Source of the DNA: Podospora anserina | Taxonomy: Eukaryota | Assembly (NCBI GenBank): GCA_017654855.1 | Contig: CM030336.1 | Span: forward strand, 1,984,001-2,048,000 | Direction: 5' to 3' | DNA: 64,000 bases | Part shown: piece after piece, positions 1 through 13,506 of the stretch | Numbering within the stretch: position 1 is the stretch's first letter | Layout: each line of letters starts with the position of its first letter | Made by a program: the position numbers and the translations under genes | The notes under the pieces: model-generated | Databases searched by the model: none | What the model saw: only the letters and a program-made list of their open reading frames with translations | Told to the model about the DNA's origin: nothing

Positions 1-974
1 CCTGCTCATGGCAAATGTAGCGCCCACGTTCAAAGTGTGAGCAAATCCCAGCAGCATAGCCGTCGAATGGTAAAGGGGCATTGCCTATTGTGGTGGTCAG
101 TGACGAAGCTTCCTCGCTGTAGACATGGCACCTACAGTGTAAAACACATCATTCTTGCCCGTGCCAACCAATCGAGATGTAAAACCACCAACAACAGCAA
201 CCTTGGCCCAAGAAACAATCGCGGCCTTGGGTAAGCCTGTTGTGCCGCTTGTGTAAATAAGTATGCCCATTGCCTCGCCCGCCGCACCACTCCGCAGCTC
301 ATCCGCAGGCCTGGTACCATCAAACGCCAACATCTGACTCTCCAACTGTGGTGTCACAACTTCAAACATGGTTCCGCTCAGCTCGGACTTGACATCCTCC
401 CCAACGTTTCCAGCCACGATAGGGTCGATGAGCATCAACCGCGCGTTCGCCCTCTTGACGCAGTGAACGAGTGCCGCACCGGTGAGGTTGTAGTTGATAA
501 GTGCCGGAACAGCCCCGATAGCCCACAAAGCCAGCAACAAGAAAATAAAAGTGTCGGTATTCTGGAAGTCAAGCGCAACCATTTCCCCCTTCTTCACACC
601 CCGGCGATCCTTGAGAAAATTGGCATAGCGGAGAACTGTGTCGTAGGCTTGCGCATATGTGTAAGTCATGTCTTCAAAACGAAGGAAAACGCGGTTTTCT
701 GAGGACTTGGAGGTGGCGAGGTCTTCGAGGCGGTAAAAGAAGTTGACACGATCACGCTGAGTCCACCATGCCACGTTTGCTACCGTGGGCAGGATAGACT
801 TCAACAAGTGGAGATCGTAAGAGACCTGCCATCGAGCATTCAGATATGCTGCGGTGGCCGTCAAGGCCGAGGCGGCGACTGGAAGAGATACCGGCACTGC
901 GGGCTGTCAGATATCAGGTTGTTGTACCAAGGACTGAGATGCATGTGAATCGGAAGCAGCTTACAAGCAGCCAT
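1..974 (-). CDS. FAT1: Very-long-chain acyl-CoA synthetase / fatty acid transport protein (FATP/Fat1 family), 5' part; runs off the left edge
   Basis: Micro-exon ATGGCTGCTT (974-965), GTAAGC...CAG intron, then the 97..897 ORF with AMP-binding motif YTSGTTGLPKAA. After a GTAGGT intron the frame continues AMPLYHSTA, typical of FATP. Confidence 0.85.
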
Positions 975-2067
975 GATCGCGTTTTTTTCCGGCTATTTCG
1001 AGGTCGCTAAACTGCTAAAACAGCACTGATGAACCTCGAAAGCGAAATGTTATTGCAAACAGGAAGGATTAAAGATCTTTATATAAAAACGTGGTGTCAA
1101 TAAAAAGGCAAGCAACGTCGCAGCGGGCGAGTGGAATGTTGACCCTAACTTCAGATCCGGCAAGTCGGTCGTGGTTGATCGTACCTGGAACTTCTTAACA
1201 GCACTAGCAGGGATTGGTCGGATACAGCGCCGTCATCGACGGGTGGTTCCGCAAACTGACGTTGTTAAACGAAAGACCAAAGTTGAAGTGTGGGAGGGAG
1301 ATATATATCAAGTGAGTGACAGATAGGGTGACACAGCATTCCTTATACCTCAATATCGGACTGCGTGGTGTCGGGAGGCGGTCACGAAAGCCGCCGGTAG
1401 GAACGGGCTGATCGTCTCGTTCAACGACCCCGATGCAACACAGGCCACTCGACATGCCTCCATGCTCTTCAAATGGACCTCGGTTCGTATGTACGCCACT
1501 GGGCGAGAGCCAAGGAACTTCCCATTTAAACTGGGCTGGTGCTCGTGGTGCCTCGCGAGATCCGGATAGGCGGAAGCACACGTTGAGAGTGAGAATTGTC
1601 ACTCTTGGACCGCTGTCGTTCATGTGTGCCTCTGAGAAACAACGCCGTCCGGTTCCTATTGAACCTAGCATCCCAGGTGGTTGGGTAGTAAGTATACTTG
1701 TACCTAACCAAGTGACGTTCAGGGTCCAAGATTATGGGTTGACATTCAAACGGCGCGCAGTGCATGGAAGCGGCATCGAAGCTTTGACCATGTGGACCCA
1801 TCGCGTTGGCTCAAGAGCTCCGACTCCGTGTCGCGAATGACGAGGAGCGGCGGGTTTCAACGCTGGCCTCCCGCTGCCGTTGCCATGCCCGACACCCGCT
1901 TATCGTTATCTTCACGTGCGCACCTGAAAGTGTCTAACCAGACTGGGAAATTTGGCTTTAATTGCTGCAAGCATTGTGTCGCGCTGGCGCATTCGTGGTG
2001 AGGCGTGTTCCTCTCGATTCAAGGCGCCAGCAACGAACTCGATGGACGCCGCCGAGTCCGCATCGCC

Positions 2068-3755
2068 ATGTCTGCTCAACCACTCCCCAGCAACGACAAT
2101 GACGTTTCCATCGCAACGATAGCCCCCAAGCAAGAAGCGCCAACTTCATCCAAAAAACTTCCCCCGCCAGAGAAGCCATCTGACGTGCGCCGGCGCAGCC
2201 ATGTCATCCTCTCCTTTTGGCTGATTGTCCTCCTTTTGGGTCTCCCCATATGGTGGAAGACCACCACCATATACCGCGCCGATCTTCCCTTGGAGGACAT
2301 GTTAGAATGGGCAGACGGAAAGGTTGGCAGTTCCACGGCCTGCTCCAAAACTGACTGCTAACGCTGCCCGCCATGTTCTAGGCCTGTCGCCCCGTCTTCC
2401 CCCTCCGCATCTCGATACAAGCCACATCGCTTCAGGATCAAGAAGCTCAAAACCTACTTCGACTGACCCAGCACGCCCTTGACGATCTTAATGATTTCGC
2501 CGGGCATCATCTTCGTCTTCAGATGGGCGATGAGAAGCAGGATTCGGCCGACAATGGCAGCGCCTTGACTATTCGCCTCACTCCAGGCGAGGGCACAACC
2601 GCAACGCTTGATCCATACGAACCTATTCTGGATATCACCTACCCACAAAATACGATACCCTCTCCAACCGCTTCCTCGTCGGCGCTTGCTACATATATCG
2701 CAAGTCAGCTAAGGACCACGTTCGCCGAGGAACAGGCCACCATCTCGTACCTCCTCTCGACGAACTCGATGCCCTCGGAACACAGGCCGCTTGGATTATC
2801 GCCAGAAACCGCCGAAGCTCTTGCCAAGCGCACGACAAGATCCTTGAAATATGCGCCGACTTACCATCTTACCTTCTCTCTGTTTACAAGTGGGCCTCTA
2901 CCAAGTAGCTGGGATATCGAGACCGCCATCGAAGAGTACATGAAGCCCGTGCTGGACGTCCTCTCGCCCATTCACAATTTCACGATCGATACCCAGGTAC
3001 AACTATACGCTTCACCTGGTGTTCAGAACCAAGTTCTCAACAAGGAGGATTTGTCCTCTTTCATCAACGCCGCGGAATGGCCACTGTCGCCCTCCATCGG
3101 TGGTGCGCCAACCATCAACTTCATTGTGTTTGTGGGGAACCAAACCATTGCGTCCCCTTCGCAGGAGGCTGCGCCGACCTCCCATTCATGGCTGATCCCC
3201 CAATGGGGCACCGTCTTTCTGCTGTCCCTCCCTGGCGACACCACCCACGTCGCGGCCACCACCCTCAAGCAGCCCCTTTTGACATTCACCTCTCACCTCT
3301 TGTCACTCACCGGCACCCCCGAGTCAGGTTCTCTACCCCTGCGCCTCTCCACCCTCGCGCGTATCCGGTCTGCCGACCTGCTCCTTCGTGCCTCGTCCAC
3401 CCTTGGATCTCTGGCCCGTCTTGCCATGGCTCTTCCCTCCATCTCAATCCCGAGTAGCGTCGCAGACGGCGTCACAAAGACCATGTCGCACTTGCGCCTC
3501 GCTTGCGACAACCTAGGCGGCACGGAAGGACTGGCTCACGCGCGGATTGCAGAGGTTGAGGCGGAAAGGGCGTTTTTTGAGAAGAGCATGGTTGGGCAGT
3601 TGTATTTCCCTGACGAGCACAAGATTGCTGTTTACCTGCCGCTATTGGGGCCGGTGGCGGTGCCGTTGGTTATGGGGTTAATTAACGAGATTAAGGCTTG
3701 GAGGAAGAGGAGGAGGGAGCGGGCTGAGAAGGGGGCTGAGAAGAAGGGGGAGTGA
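2068..3755 (+). CDS. GPI17: GPI transamidase subunit PIG-S/Gpi17
   Basis: N-terminal TM segment LLGLPIWWKTTTIYRADLP, intron ~2323-2381, and C-terminal signature AERAFFEKSMVGQLYFPDEHKIAVYLPLLGP plus a TM segment. Confidence 0.9.
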
Positions 3756-3981
3756 GTAAATCATGGGGATAGCGAGCATGTTTTTTCTGTGTTGCTGTTA
3801 TTTCTTTGTTTTGAGCATGCATTGTAGGAATGGAATGGCATAAAAATATGATGGCTGTAGGATGTTGTGTATATGGACTTGTGTAGTGTTGAGGGGAAAG
3901 ATATTAGAGTTCTGGGCAACTCATACTGTTTGGAAAGTAGCTGCACTGATGTGTGGAAGTTCTTAGTCGGAAATCGTCGAA

Positions 3982-4071
3982 GCGGGTTTAGCTCAGTTGG
4001 GAGAGCGTCAGACTGAAGTTAACTTCAGGAAGTCAATCTGAAGGTCGTGTGTTCGATCCACACAAACCGCA
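3982..4071 (+). tRNA. tRNA-Phe(GAA) with 17-nt intron (4019-4035)
   Basis: GCGGGTT/AACCGC acceptor stem, A box TAGCTCAGTTGG, anticodon arm TCAGA-CTGAAGA-TCTGA split after position 37, B box GTTCGATCC, followed by a T-run. The intron contains CTTCAG, complementary to the anticodon loop. Confidence 0.97.
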
Positions 4072-4294
4072 TCTTTTGCCATTTCTCCAAAACTGATTGG
4101 GACTTTTCACTTTTGTATTGTTCAATATTTTTATGATTTTGCAAGTTCACACATACTTTGCCTTTTCAGGGTGAACGTGGCGCAATGGTTTGACACGCAA
4201 CCCGGTACTAGGGTAGGGGGTGTTGCTGAAGGAGATGAAAATATTGGCCATCAGCACCAAACTTTCATAACAGCACATTCTTGCCCAAACCATC

Positions 4295-4413
4295 ACATAC
4301 GACCATAGACAGCTGAAAATACGGCATCCCGTCCGCTCTGCCCGAGTCAAACAGCTGATCGCCAGACTAGTACTCAGGTGGGTGACCACTGGGGAATCCC
4401 TGGTGTTGTATGT
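4295..4413 (+). rRNA. Dispersed 5S rRNA gene
   Basis: ACATACGACCATAG...CCCGTCCGCTC...TAGTAC...GGGTGACCAC...GAATCCC...GTTGTATGT. Helix I ends are complementary, and a T6 Pol III terminator follows. Confidence 0.95.
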
Positions 4414-4780
4414 TTTTTGGTGGCTTCTTTGACTCAGCTTAATGCCGGGTGAGGACTTTGGTAGGAGCTTACTGATCAGGTCTTTGCTTATCTGGTTCAT
4501 GTTGATCTTTTGAGGAGGTAGTTCAAGGCTATAAATCAACTACCTATCCTAACCATCTGTATTTGGGAATCACATAGTTGCTGTCTACCTCTTTACCCTT
4601 TTGCTTTCATCTTGAAATACTATCCAATAAACTACCTAGGTACGCTTACTTGGCGCAGGTCTATTGATAGCAGTTGAACCCATACGTCTTTTCAATAAAA
4701 CTTTTAAAATCCCCACTCCAAACAACTCGAAAGCAATCCACAGTCCCCAACCCTCTCAGTCTTGACCACACAGCAGGTAC

Positions 4781-6792
4781 TCATGCCGTCCCATCAAGCC
4801 TCCTCTGCTTAATAAACAACGCCAACACAGACGCCGACGCAGAAAAGAAAAACGACACCCCGTGACTCCACCACAACCCGTCCACATAGCTCTCAACAAC
4901 CGCCTTTTGCACCACCCCCGTCGCCCTATCAACATAATCCACATCTGACACCGTCTCAGCAATAACCTTTGCAATCTCCATCGCCCCAAACCCAAGTCCG
5001 ACAAGCCTATTGAACAGAGTCCTTCTCAGAGCAGCCTTCATAACCGCATTCGACACTGAAAGTCCCATTGTCAAAGCGATGGTGCTAGAGAGATACATGA
5101 ACGAGATCGAAGGTGCCGCGTGGGCGGGGTCGACGACGGCTTGAAGGGAGATGAACACGGCTGACTGGGCGATGCCGGTTCCGAAGCCGCTGGGAAAGAT
5201 GTAGAGGGATTCCCAGACGTTGGTGTTGCCGTGCCAGCGGAGCATGAGGAGGAGGTAGGAGAGGGAGGAGAAGGTGACGGCGAGGATGATGAGGGCCTTG
5301 TAGCGGCCGGAGCGTTTGATGAGGATGCCGGAGAGGACGCCGCCGATGGCGTTTCCTGCTACGGCTGGGACCAGGTGGGCACCGGCTGAGGAGGCGGAGG
5401 AGCGGGAGGTGATTTGGAAGTAGAGGGGGACGGAGAACATGAGCTGGGTGAAGTGTTAGTGATTTTTATACCTGAATTGTTTCAGGAAAACTTACTCCAA
5501 GCTGGGCGGCTGTTTGAAGTCCCAAAATCAGGTAGGAAATAACGGCATCCCGCTGATGAAAGATCTCCAGTGGCAGGATCGGCTCCTCTTGGCGTTTTTC
5601 GACTGCAACAAAAACAGCAATGAGCACAAAGCTGAAGCTGATGAGACTAATCGTGATGGGAGATGACCAGGGTAGCTTGACACCGCCTAGCTCGATGGGT
5701 GTGAGTAGGGCGAGGATCATAAAGGCGAAGATGAAGGACCCCTTGAAGTCGATCCGGCTGAACTTGGATTTGCGGATTTCGGCCTCGGCACTGCTGGTCG
5801 AGACAGAATCCGAGGTTGGCTCAGTGTGGCTCGGCAGATAGATTGCAACGAGGATGATGGCGCCCAGGATGATGGGGACTTGCCCGAAGAAAGACCAGCG
5901 CCATCCGATTACATCCACGAGCCAGCCGCCGAGAGGACCGCCGATAGATCGACCAAATGTAGCCACTAGATTGACGTAGGCGCGCCATTGAGCGACCTCT
6001 CGAATGGGAAGGAGATCTATTTGTTGTTAGTGATTGTGGTCAAAGCTTCCGGCTGTGCACCATTCCTACCAGTGATCAAGATTGACACCAGCGAAGCCAT
6101 GCCAGAGGCGCCAGCCCCTGAAATGACTCGGCCAAGAATGACCTGGCCCATTGTCTGGCCGATGCCCCTGTTTGTTGTCAGTATTTATTTACCTCTTTTG
6201 CCGGAAAACAGCAAACTCACACAATAAAACTGCAGATGGTCAGCTATTGCTTCTTCTTAACAATCAGTCGGGATTTCAACTTACCAACCAAAAACGAAAA
6301 TGGCATAGGCAAAAGTGACGAGCGTCTTTCTGCCGTAGATATCACTCAACTTTCCATAGAGTGTCTGCGTTGCCGCGCCGGCGATGGCAAAACCGGTGAT
6401 CAGCCATGTCGAGTTGCCCAAGTCGTTGAACTCGGAGGCAATGTTGGAGTGCGTGGCCAGCAGGATGGAGCCGTCGCAGTGAGCAACAAAGATGCCTGAA
6501 GATTTTGAGTCTCAGCGTCATGAGTTTTCTTTGAATTGGGAAGGAAAGGAAGGGACGAACCGATGAACAGGACTGAAATGATGCGAGCCACCTGTGTTCT
6601 CGAGATGCCAGTCGCAATCTCCCCGCTGCGCACACTTTCTTCATCCACGCCGACCTTCTTCACAACACTCCCATTCTCATTGATTGGAAACGCCTCAGAG
6701 TTTGGCGGCGTCTCACTGATAACTGGCACATTGCTGAGAAGGGGCGACTGCTCGGTTGGTTGGCCACCTGCTGGGTCTGAAATTTGTGCCAT
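4781..6792 (-). CDS. MFS transporter (DHA2/Vba-like, 14-TM type), multi-exon
   Basis: Start MAQISDP...EQSPLL. Exons carry GRVISGAGASGM, FGRSIGGPLGGWLVDVIGWRWSF and EEPILPLEIF motifs with hydrophobic segments. Several short introns. Confidence 0.88.
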
Positions 6793-7341
6793 GGTTGCTC
6801 CGCCAAACAATGGACTGCAACTGATCAGTTTTGTCGATGCAGTTATCACAAGGTTTTCCCAACAAGAAAAATCAATCGCGCTTCTGCCTTCAGCTCGTGG
6901 CCGGCCTCGGCCAAAAATCCGAAATAGTCGTCCCCGGAAACAAAGACTTATCGCCGGCCGGTGTGGTACAGCTCGGGCGATCACGACATACAAAAGGCAA
7001 TGTCGCAAGGCTCGTTTGGTGGCATTTACCCCATCTTCAGGGGCTCTGCGAACTGCTAGTGCAGCTGCAAGCATGTTTGACAACACCACACGAAGCCATC
7101 CGGGATGTGGGGGTCGGTGGTGGTCAACAGCGAGTATTGGTCTTTGCAATTGCCGCGAACTATTACGCAATCAACAAGGCAGAGCTAAGAACCATTCCTC
7201 GGCAACCTCACAATCACCGGTCCACCGGTCTGGTGCCAATCAAAGAAATGATAAATATGAATCAAAATGTCTCTCCATGCTTCTTGGATATCTGTCACCT
7301 CATCAACCTCTTTGCATTGGCCCCCGAAGTGACTTGTCGCC

Positions 7342-9312
7342 ATGCGTTTCTCAGGAGCTGCACTTGCAGCAGGTCTGCAATTGCCCACGGCGGCTTTGGC
7401 CAGCCATGGCAGCCAAAAGCCGTTGGGAGATGACCGGCTGGACAGCACACCGGCAACCAAGGGGGGCAAGCAGCCGAATATTGTCTTCATCCTGACCGAT
7501 GACCAAGATTTGCACATGAACTCCCTCGACTATGTCCCCCTGATCAAGAAGCACCTTCTCGACGAGGGCACCCTCTACAAGCGCCATTACTGCACCACAG
7601 CCATCTGCTGCCCCGCCAGAGTATCTCTCTTGACCGGCCAGCAAGCTCACAACACTAATGTCACCGATGTCAACCCTCCACATGGTAAGATTCCTCTCAC
7701 TACGCTGTGCCGGGCACGAGCTTACCAGGTATCCCAGGTGGCTATCCCAAGTTCATCAATCAAGGGTTGAACAATAACTACCTCCCAATCTGGCTTCAGG
7801 AGGCCGGCTACAACACCTACTACACCGGCAAGCTGTTCAACGCCCACACTGTCGAGAACTACAACTCGCCCTACCCGGCCGGCTGGAACGGCTCCGACTT
7901 TCTCCTGGACCCATACACCTACAACTATCTCAACTCCTCCTTCCAACGGAACCAGGACCCCCCCAAGAGCTACGAGGGATTCCACTCTGTCGACGTCCTC
8001 GCGGAGAAGTCCCTCGGCTTCGTCGACGAAGCCGTCAGAGCCGACGGCCCCTTCTTCCTCGGCATCGCCCCCGTCGCTCCCCACAGCAACGTCGAGTCGA
8101 ACACTCTTGGGGATGACATGGGCGACGACTGGGGCAACCTCCCCGACATTGAGGAGTTCGCCAAGTTCGGCCCCCCCGTCCCGGCAAAGCGCCACGAGCA
8201 TTTGTTCAAAGACGTCAAGATCCCCCGGACCCCCAACTTCAACCCTGACAAGCCGACGGGGGCGAACTGGGTCCGGCTTCGCAAGAAGCTCAACCAGGAG
8301 AATATTGACTACAATGATCACTTTTACCGCCAGAGGCTTCGCACCCTGCAGTCGGTCGACGAGCTGGTTGCTTCGGTTGTGGGGCGGTTGGAGGAGCATG
8401 GCGTTCTGGATAATACGTACATTTTTTACACGACCGATAATGGGTATCATATCAGTCAGCACCGTCTTAATCCTGGGAAGGAGTGCGGGTTTGAGGAGGA
8501 TATCAACATCCCGCTTATCATTCGCGGTCCTGGCGTGGCGAAGGGGGTGGTTTCGGAGATTGTCACCACGCACGTTGACTTGGCGCCTACGATTCTTAAC
8601 ATTGTCGGTTTGCCTCACCGAGCGGACTTTGACGGTGAGGCGATTCCGCTGAGTCGGAAGGACATTGAGGACACGGTCAAGACGAGACACGAGCATGTGA
8701 CGGTGGAGTTTTGGGGGTTTGCTGTTTCGGAGGGGGGCAAGTTGTTTGATGAGGATGAGGAGAGGTTGACGCTGAATAACACGTACAAGGGGTTGAGGAT
8801 TATTGGGAGGGGGTATAATTTTTATTACGCGGTTTGGTGCAATAATGAGCATGAGCTTTATGATTTGAGTGTGAGTGCCCCCTTCCCTTTTTTCCCTGAT
8901 ATGAAATGGCAAAGATGCTAATGTTGGAAAGACTGACCCCTACCAAATCAACAATTTGCTTCATCCTACGACTACCAAGCCCAAGACTCTTCTTGGGGTG
9001 GAGTTTCACAAGGTGATTGCCCGGTTGGATTCTTTGTTGTTTGTGCTCAAGTCTTGCAAGGGGAGGACTTGTGTCAGGCCGTGGGAGGCGCTGCATCCGC
9101 AGGGGAATGTGGCCAATTTGCATGATGCGCTCGGGAAGAGGTTTGATGTTTTTTATGAGCAACAGCAGAAGAAGGTTAGGTTTGATAGGTGCGAGTTGGG
9201 GTATATTGTTGATGCCGAGGGGCCACAGTTCGAGATGGATGGGGTCGTGTATACAGCGGGGGCGGAGGGGGGGTATAAGAGGGGGGGGGTCAGTTGGAGT
9301 GAGTGGACTTAA
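7342..9312 (+). CDS. Secreted arylsulfatase (fungal ars-1 type)
   Basis: Signal peptide, PNIVFILTDDQD, formylglycine motif CCPAR, GKLFNAH, TDNGYH. Introns at ~7685-7738 and ~8871-8931. Confidence 0.93.
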
Positions 9313-9914
9313 GGGGGGGCAAGGTCGTGGAAATGTAAACATATGGTCATGATTATTTGGGCGGTTGATGAGGGTTGAAGTCTATGATTCTGGAAAATGG
9401 TGTTTGAGAGCTGATAGGAATGAAGTAAAAACTGTGGGCAAATATAGGTATGGTCTGAAGTGTTTCTCTGTTGACTGTGTATCCAAGTAATTTGGTAAAA
9501 AAGCCTCTTTGAGATTAAGATGGCGACTAGAATTGTCAAGATAGTCGACATCAATAGAAAGGTAAGGTAGCCGGTCTGTCAAGGCACTTATAAATACCCA
9601 ATGTTCATGCAATCAACGACTCTATTCCTTCTGTTCAGAATAGGTCAGCGGTCCAGAATTATGTCCGTCCCCAACAAGTCATCCGCACACACCGCATGTA
9701 TTTATCCAGAAAACCTCCGAGAAACCAACAGTCAAAATTCGGAGAAGACTCGGGGTAATCCCACCTCACCTCTGTTACCCCGCGGGGCTGTGACCCTTCT
9801 TGTGATATGTCACCGCGAGAGTGGACACTTCAAAGCCAGAACTGAAATTACATTCTTCAGTCCAAACTACCTTGGCTTTATCATCAAGCACTTGATCTTC
9901 TTGCCTAAGCAACC

Positions 9915-11085
9915 ATGACCGACCAAACCGCCCAATTCACCCCCCGCTTCCGCACCGACATCTACCCCTTCATCGAGCCCTCCAAGTACAGGGGATCCCT
10001 CCGCAACAAAGTAACCATCATCACCGGCGCAGCGGGAGCAATCGGCCGAGGACTCGCCGAGTCGTTTGCTGTCGCGGGGACAAAGCTGGTCTTGACTTAC
10101 AACCGGACGCCGCCACCGCCCGAGCTGGAGGAGAGATGTCTTCGGTTTGGAGCTGCTGATGTGTCGTTTGTAAAGTGTGATGTTGCTGAACTTGGGGGGT
10201 GTGAGGCTCTTGTTAAGGAGGCGGGTTTTTCTTTTCCTTTTCAAGGGGGTAGGGGGTGAGATGGCTGACTGGGTGCTTAGACTTTGGAACTGCATGGTAG
10301 GGCAGATATTTTGATCAACAATGCTGGGGCTAACGGGCTTGGGCCGGTATGTTTTCACGGTTGGCATGTCGAGTTGGTACTGATGAATGGGATATAGCTT
10401 CACGACCAAGCGCCTCAGGATTTCATCAAGGAGATTGCGGTCAACTTCCACGGGCCGTATTACCTCATGAGGCTGCTCCTCACGCATTTTCGACAACAGC
10501 GAAGTGGCTGCGTGCTGAATATTGCCTCGAGGGCGGGGACGGTGGCTATACCATATAGCACCGGGTACTGCTCCAGCAAGGCAGCACTGATCAACCTAAC
10601 CGCCTGTGCGCAAAAGGAGCTTGACATTGATGGTTTGGGAGAGGAGGTGCACATGTATTCGCTGCACCCTGGGGGGATTAAGAGCGCGATGACGCTGAAG
10701 AGTGTGTCCTTCCACATATGCTACTACTTAAAGGTATAGGCTAACAGAAGATACCTTAGAATACTCACCGGAATCTGTGTCTACTCTTCCGCCTCAGGCG
10801 CAGAGCAAGTTTGTGAATGCGCTGGATATCTATGATGACTCCCCGTATCTGAACGGGATGGTGTGTGTTGCGCTTGCAACGGGGATGGGGAAGGAGGTGC
10901 TGAGGGGCAAGTATTTTGATGTTGGGCAGGATTTGGAAGATGTGCTGGCTCAAAGGGAGGCGTTGAGGCAGAACCCGGATTTGTATGGGTTGCACACGAG
11001 CTTCTTGGGTGGGCTGAAGAACGGGGGTGTGCCGGAGGGGGGGTATAGGAAGGAGGAGTGGGGGAAGGAGTTTCCTGGTTTTTGA
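9915..11085 (+). CDS. Short-chain dehydrogenase/reductase (SDR), 4 exons
   Basis: TGAAGAIG Rossmann motif, DILINNAG, NIAS, catalytic YCSSK, LHPGGI. Introns 10221-10280 (GC donor), 10347-10397 and ~10702-10759. Confidence 0.88.
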
Positions 11086-11296
11086 TGTGGTATAGATGGG
11101 CTCTTGGACTAGAATATGGGCATACACTAATTGTTGAGCATCGTGCATGTTGACGTCGTGAGGTTGTTTAAAAGAATTGGGAGAAAAAGGGTTAGGGTTG
11201 AATGACCGACGGAGACCGTCGGCAAATGCGGTACCGCGTTTTACCGGTGTGGCTGAACCGGAAGCCGCCCATCCCTGCTTGAGCGATGATCTGATG

Positions 11297-11305
11297 ATCT
11301 GATAA
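11297..11305 (+). promoter_or_regulatory. SreA/SRE-type iron-repression GATA box ATCTGATAA upstream of the oxidoreductase
   Basis: Exact ATCWGATAA within GATGATCTGATGATCTGATAAGATCA, about 780 bp upstream of ATG 12079. Confidence 0.65.
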
Positions 11306-12078
11306 GATCAGCCTGCAGAAAAGGTGGGTCACTTCTGGTGGGTTACACCGGGGCGCACCTTGCCAGTTCAAATTCAGAGCGGGGGGGACCTTTTTTTTCC
11401 TTCTGAAGTTGCGTCTTGGAAGTCGCACAACACAATCCAGGGTTGGGACTTGTGTCAAGGTGACAATCTGATCTTGGAGAAGATAAAGACAAAGGGGCAA
11501 AAAGGAAAGGATACCACCATCTGGACCTAGAACGACACAATTCCGATGCCGGTGACATGGCTGTTTTCCGCGGATGGCACATGTTGCATGTGCCAACGTC
11601 CCCCCGTCTCCAGGGAAGAGGTGGAGCCCCCGTTTGTCAATTTTTCCCCTGCTGCTGCTGCTGCTTGCTGCTGATGAGGCACTTTGGCACCCTGGCACTC
11701 CTGGCCGGCCAGCAGCTGTTGGGGTGCAGCCAGCGCAGCGGATGCACAAAATGACACAACGGCGCAAAGGGCTCCAATGGGGAGGGTAAAAACGGGCATG
11801 GAAGGATGATTTTGTGGGGCAAGCGTCCATATTGCAACTCTTCGGGGCACTGGGGGAAAAGAAGGTGGGGGAATCGGGATAAGAAGTCCAAGAAAGTGAA
11901 AGTCGGGGGGTCTTTCGCTCATCCCATCCCCCCTTCCCATTTCCCATCATACATTCAGGTTTCCCGTGAGAGAAGAAAAGATTGACATTGTGCAGCGGCC
12001 ACTGACATCAGTTCCATCTGGATATACACACTTTCTTCTCTCTCTCTTTTTCCTGTCACACACACCAGCACGACCACA

Positions 12079-13506
12079 ATGGGATCCATCGTCCAAGCAC
12101 CCGCCCTCACCACCCAGGCCATGCCCTTCAAAGTTCTCGTCGTGGGCGGCTCCTACGGCGGTCTCTCCGCCGCCCTCAACCTCCAAGATCTCTGCAGTGG
12201 TCTCGCACCACGATGCGGCCCCAAGCCAGTCGAGGGCGCGCCAGTGATCGAGACACCACAGTTCAACGTTGACATCACCATTGTAGACGAACGTGATGGC
12301 TTCTGTCAGTAGTCTTTTCATTTACGCCTCTATTTTGGCTTACCGTATGCTAACACACACCCCTCCAGACCACCTCATCGGCTCCCCCCTCGCCCTGGCC
12401 GACGAAGACTACGCGGCCAAGTCCTGGGTAAGATACGAAGACGTCCCCGCCGTCTCCCAATCCCAAAACATCCGCGTCCTCCACGGCTCTGTCAAGTCAG
12501 TTGATCAAACCTCCAAGACGGCCACTTACCTCCCTCACGGCCTGGTGTCCTCCCCAGAAAACACAAGCACCCTTTCATATGACTTTTTGGTCGCCGCCGC
12601 CGGCCTCCGCCGCGTCTGGCCTGTGGTTCCGCAGTCTCTCCGCAGGAAACAGTTTCTCTTCGAGGCCGGCGACCATATCCGTGCTGCCACTACTGCTCGC
12701 CATGGCGTGGTGGTTGTGGGCGGTGGTGCGGTCGGTATCGAGATGGCTGCTGAGCTGAAGCTTGTCCAGCCTCAGTTGAAGGTCACGCTTGTGCACTCGA
12801 GGGATAAGCTTCTCAGCTCGGAGCCGCTGCCGGATGAGGTCAAGGATAAGAGTTTGGAGCTGTTGCTTGAGGCGGGGGTTGGCGTGAGGATGAGCACTAG
12901 GTTGGATAAGACGGAGGAGGTGGTGGACGAGCAGGGGAAGAAGGCGGTCAGGGTGTGGTTTACCGATGGGGAGAGCATCCTCGCCGATCAGGTCAGCTTG
13001 GCGGTGTCCCGGTCTGTGCCGTCGACGGAGTTTTTGGGGGTGAATGAGACTGGTGTGTTGGATGAGGAGGGGTATGTGAAGATCCAGAGTAGCTTGGCTT
13101 TCCCGGCTGAGACGCCAAACTGGAGTGATCACTTTGCTATTGGGGATTTGGTAAAGTGGTCGGGGATTAAGAGGTGCGGCGGGGCTATGCATATGGGTTT
13201 TTTCGCTGGGAATAATATTCATCAGAGGATGATTGAGATTGCTTCTGGGAAGGAGCCTGCCTTCCTTAAGCTGGATGAGATCCCGCCCATGATTGGGTTG
13301 GCGGTGGGGAAGAAGGCGGTTTCGTACTGGCCTGCGACTGGTGTGTCGGCCGGTGAGGATGTCTCGCAGGCCTTCTTTGGGGATGATCTTGGGTTTACGA
13401 GTAAGTGTCTTTTGGCATCCTGAAACTCGAGCTTCGATGGCACTAACAAAGCGGTTGTACAGTCTGCTGGAATCACTTGGGGCTTGGAAACAGCCAAAAG
13501 TTGTGA
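12079..13506 (+). CDS. FAD-dependent pyridine nucleotide-disulfide oxidoreductase (AIF/AMID/FSP1-like)
   Basis: VLVVGGSYGG FAD motif, VVVGGGAVGIEMAAE NAD(P)H motif, FAIGD. Introns ~12305-12368 and ~13401-13462. The spliced C-terminus is ICWNHLGLGNSQKL*. Confidence 0.9.

Noticed and set aside
7162..7171. bZIP-like ATTACGCAAT upstream of the arylsulfatase, considered as a CYS3/MetR site
   Set aside because: Single imperfect match to ATGRYRYCAT; cannot be supported without conservation data.
6400..7495. Long overlapping ORFs spanning the MFS-arylsulfatase promoter
   Set aside because: Low-complexity translations overlapping real genes; only the part from ATG 6792 on the minus strand is coding.
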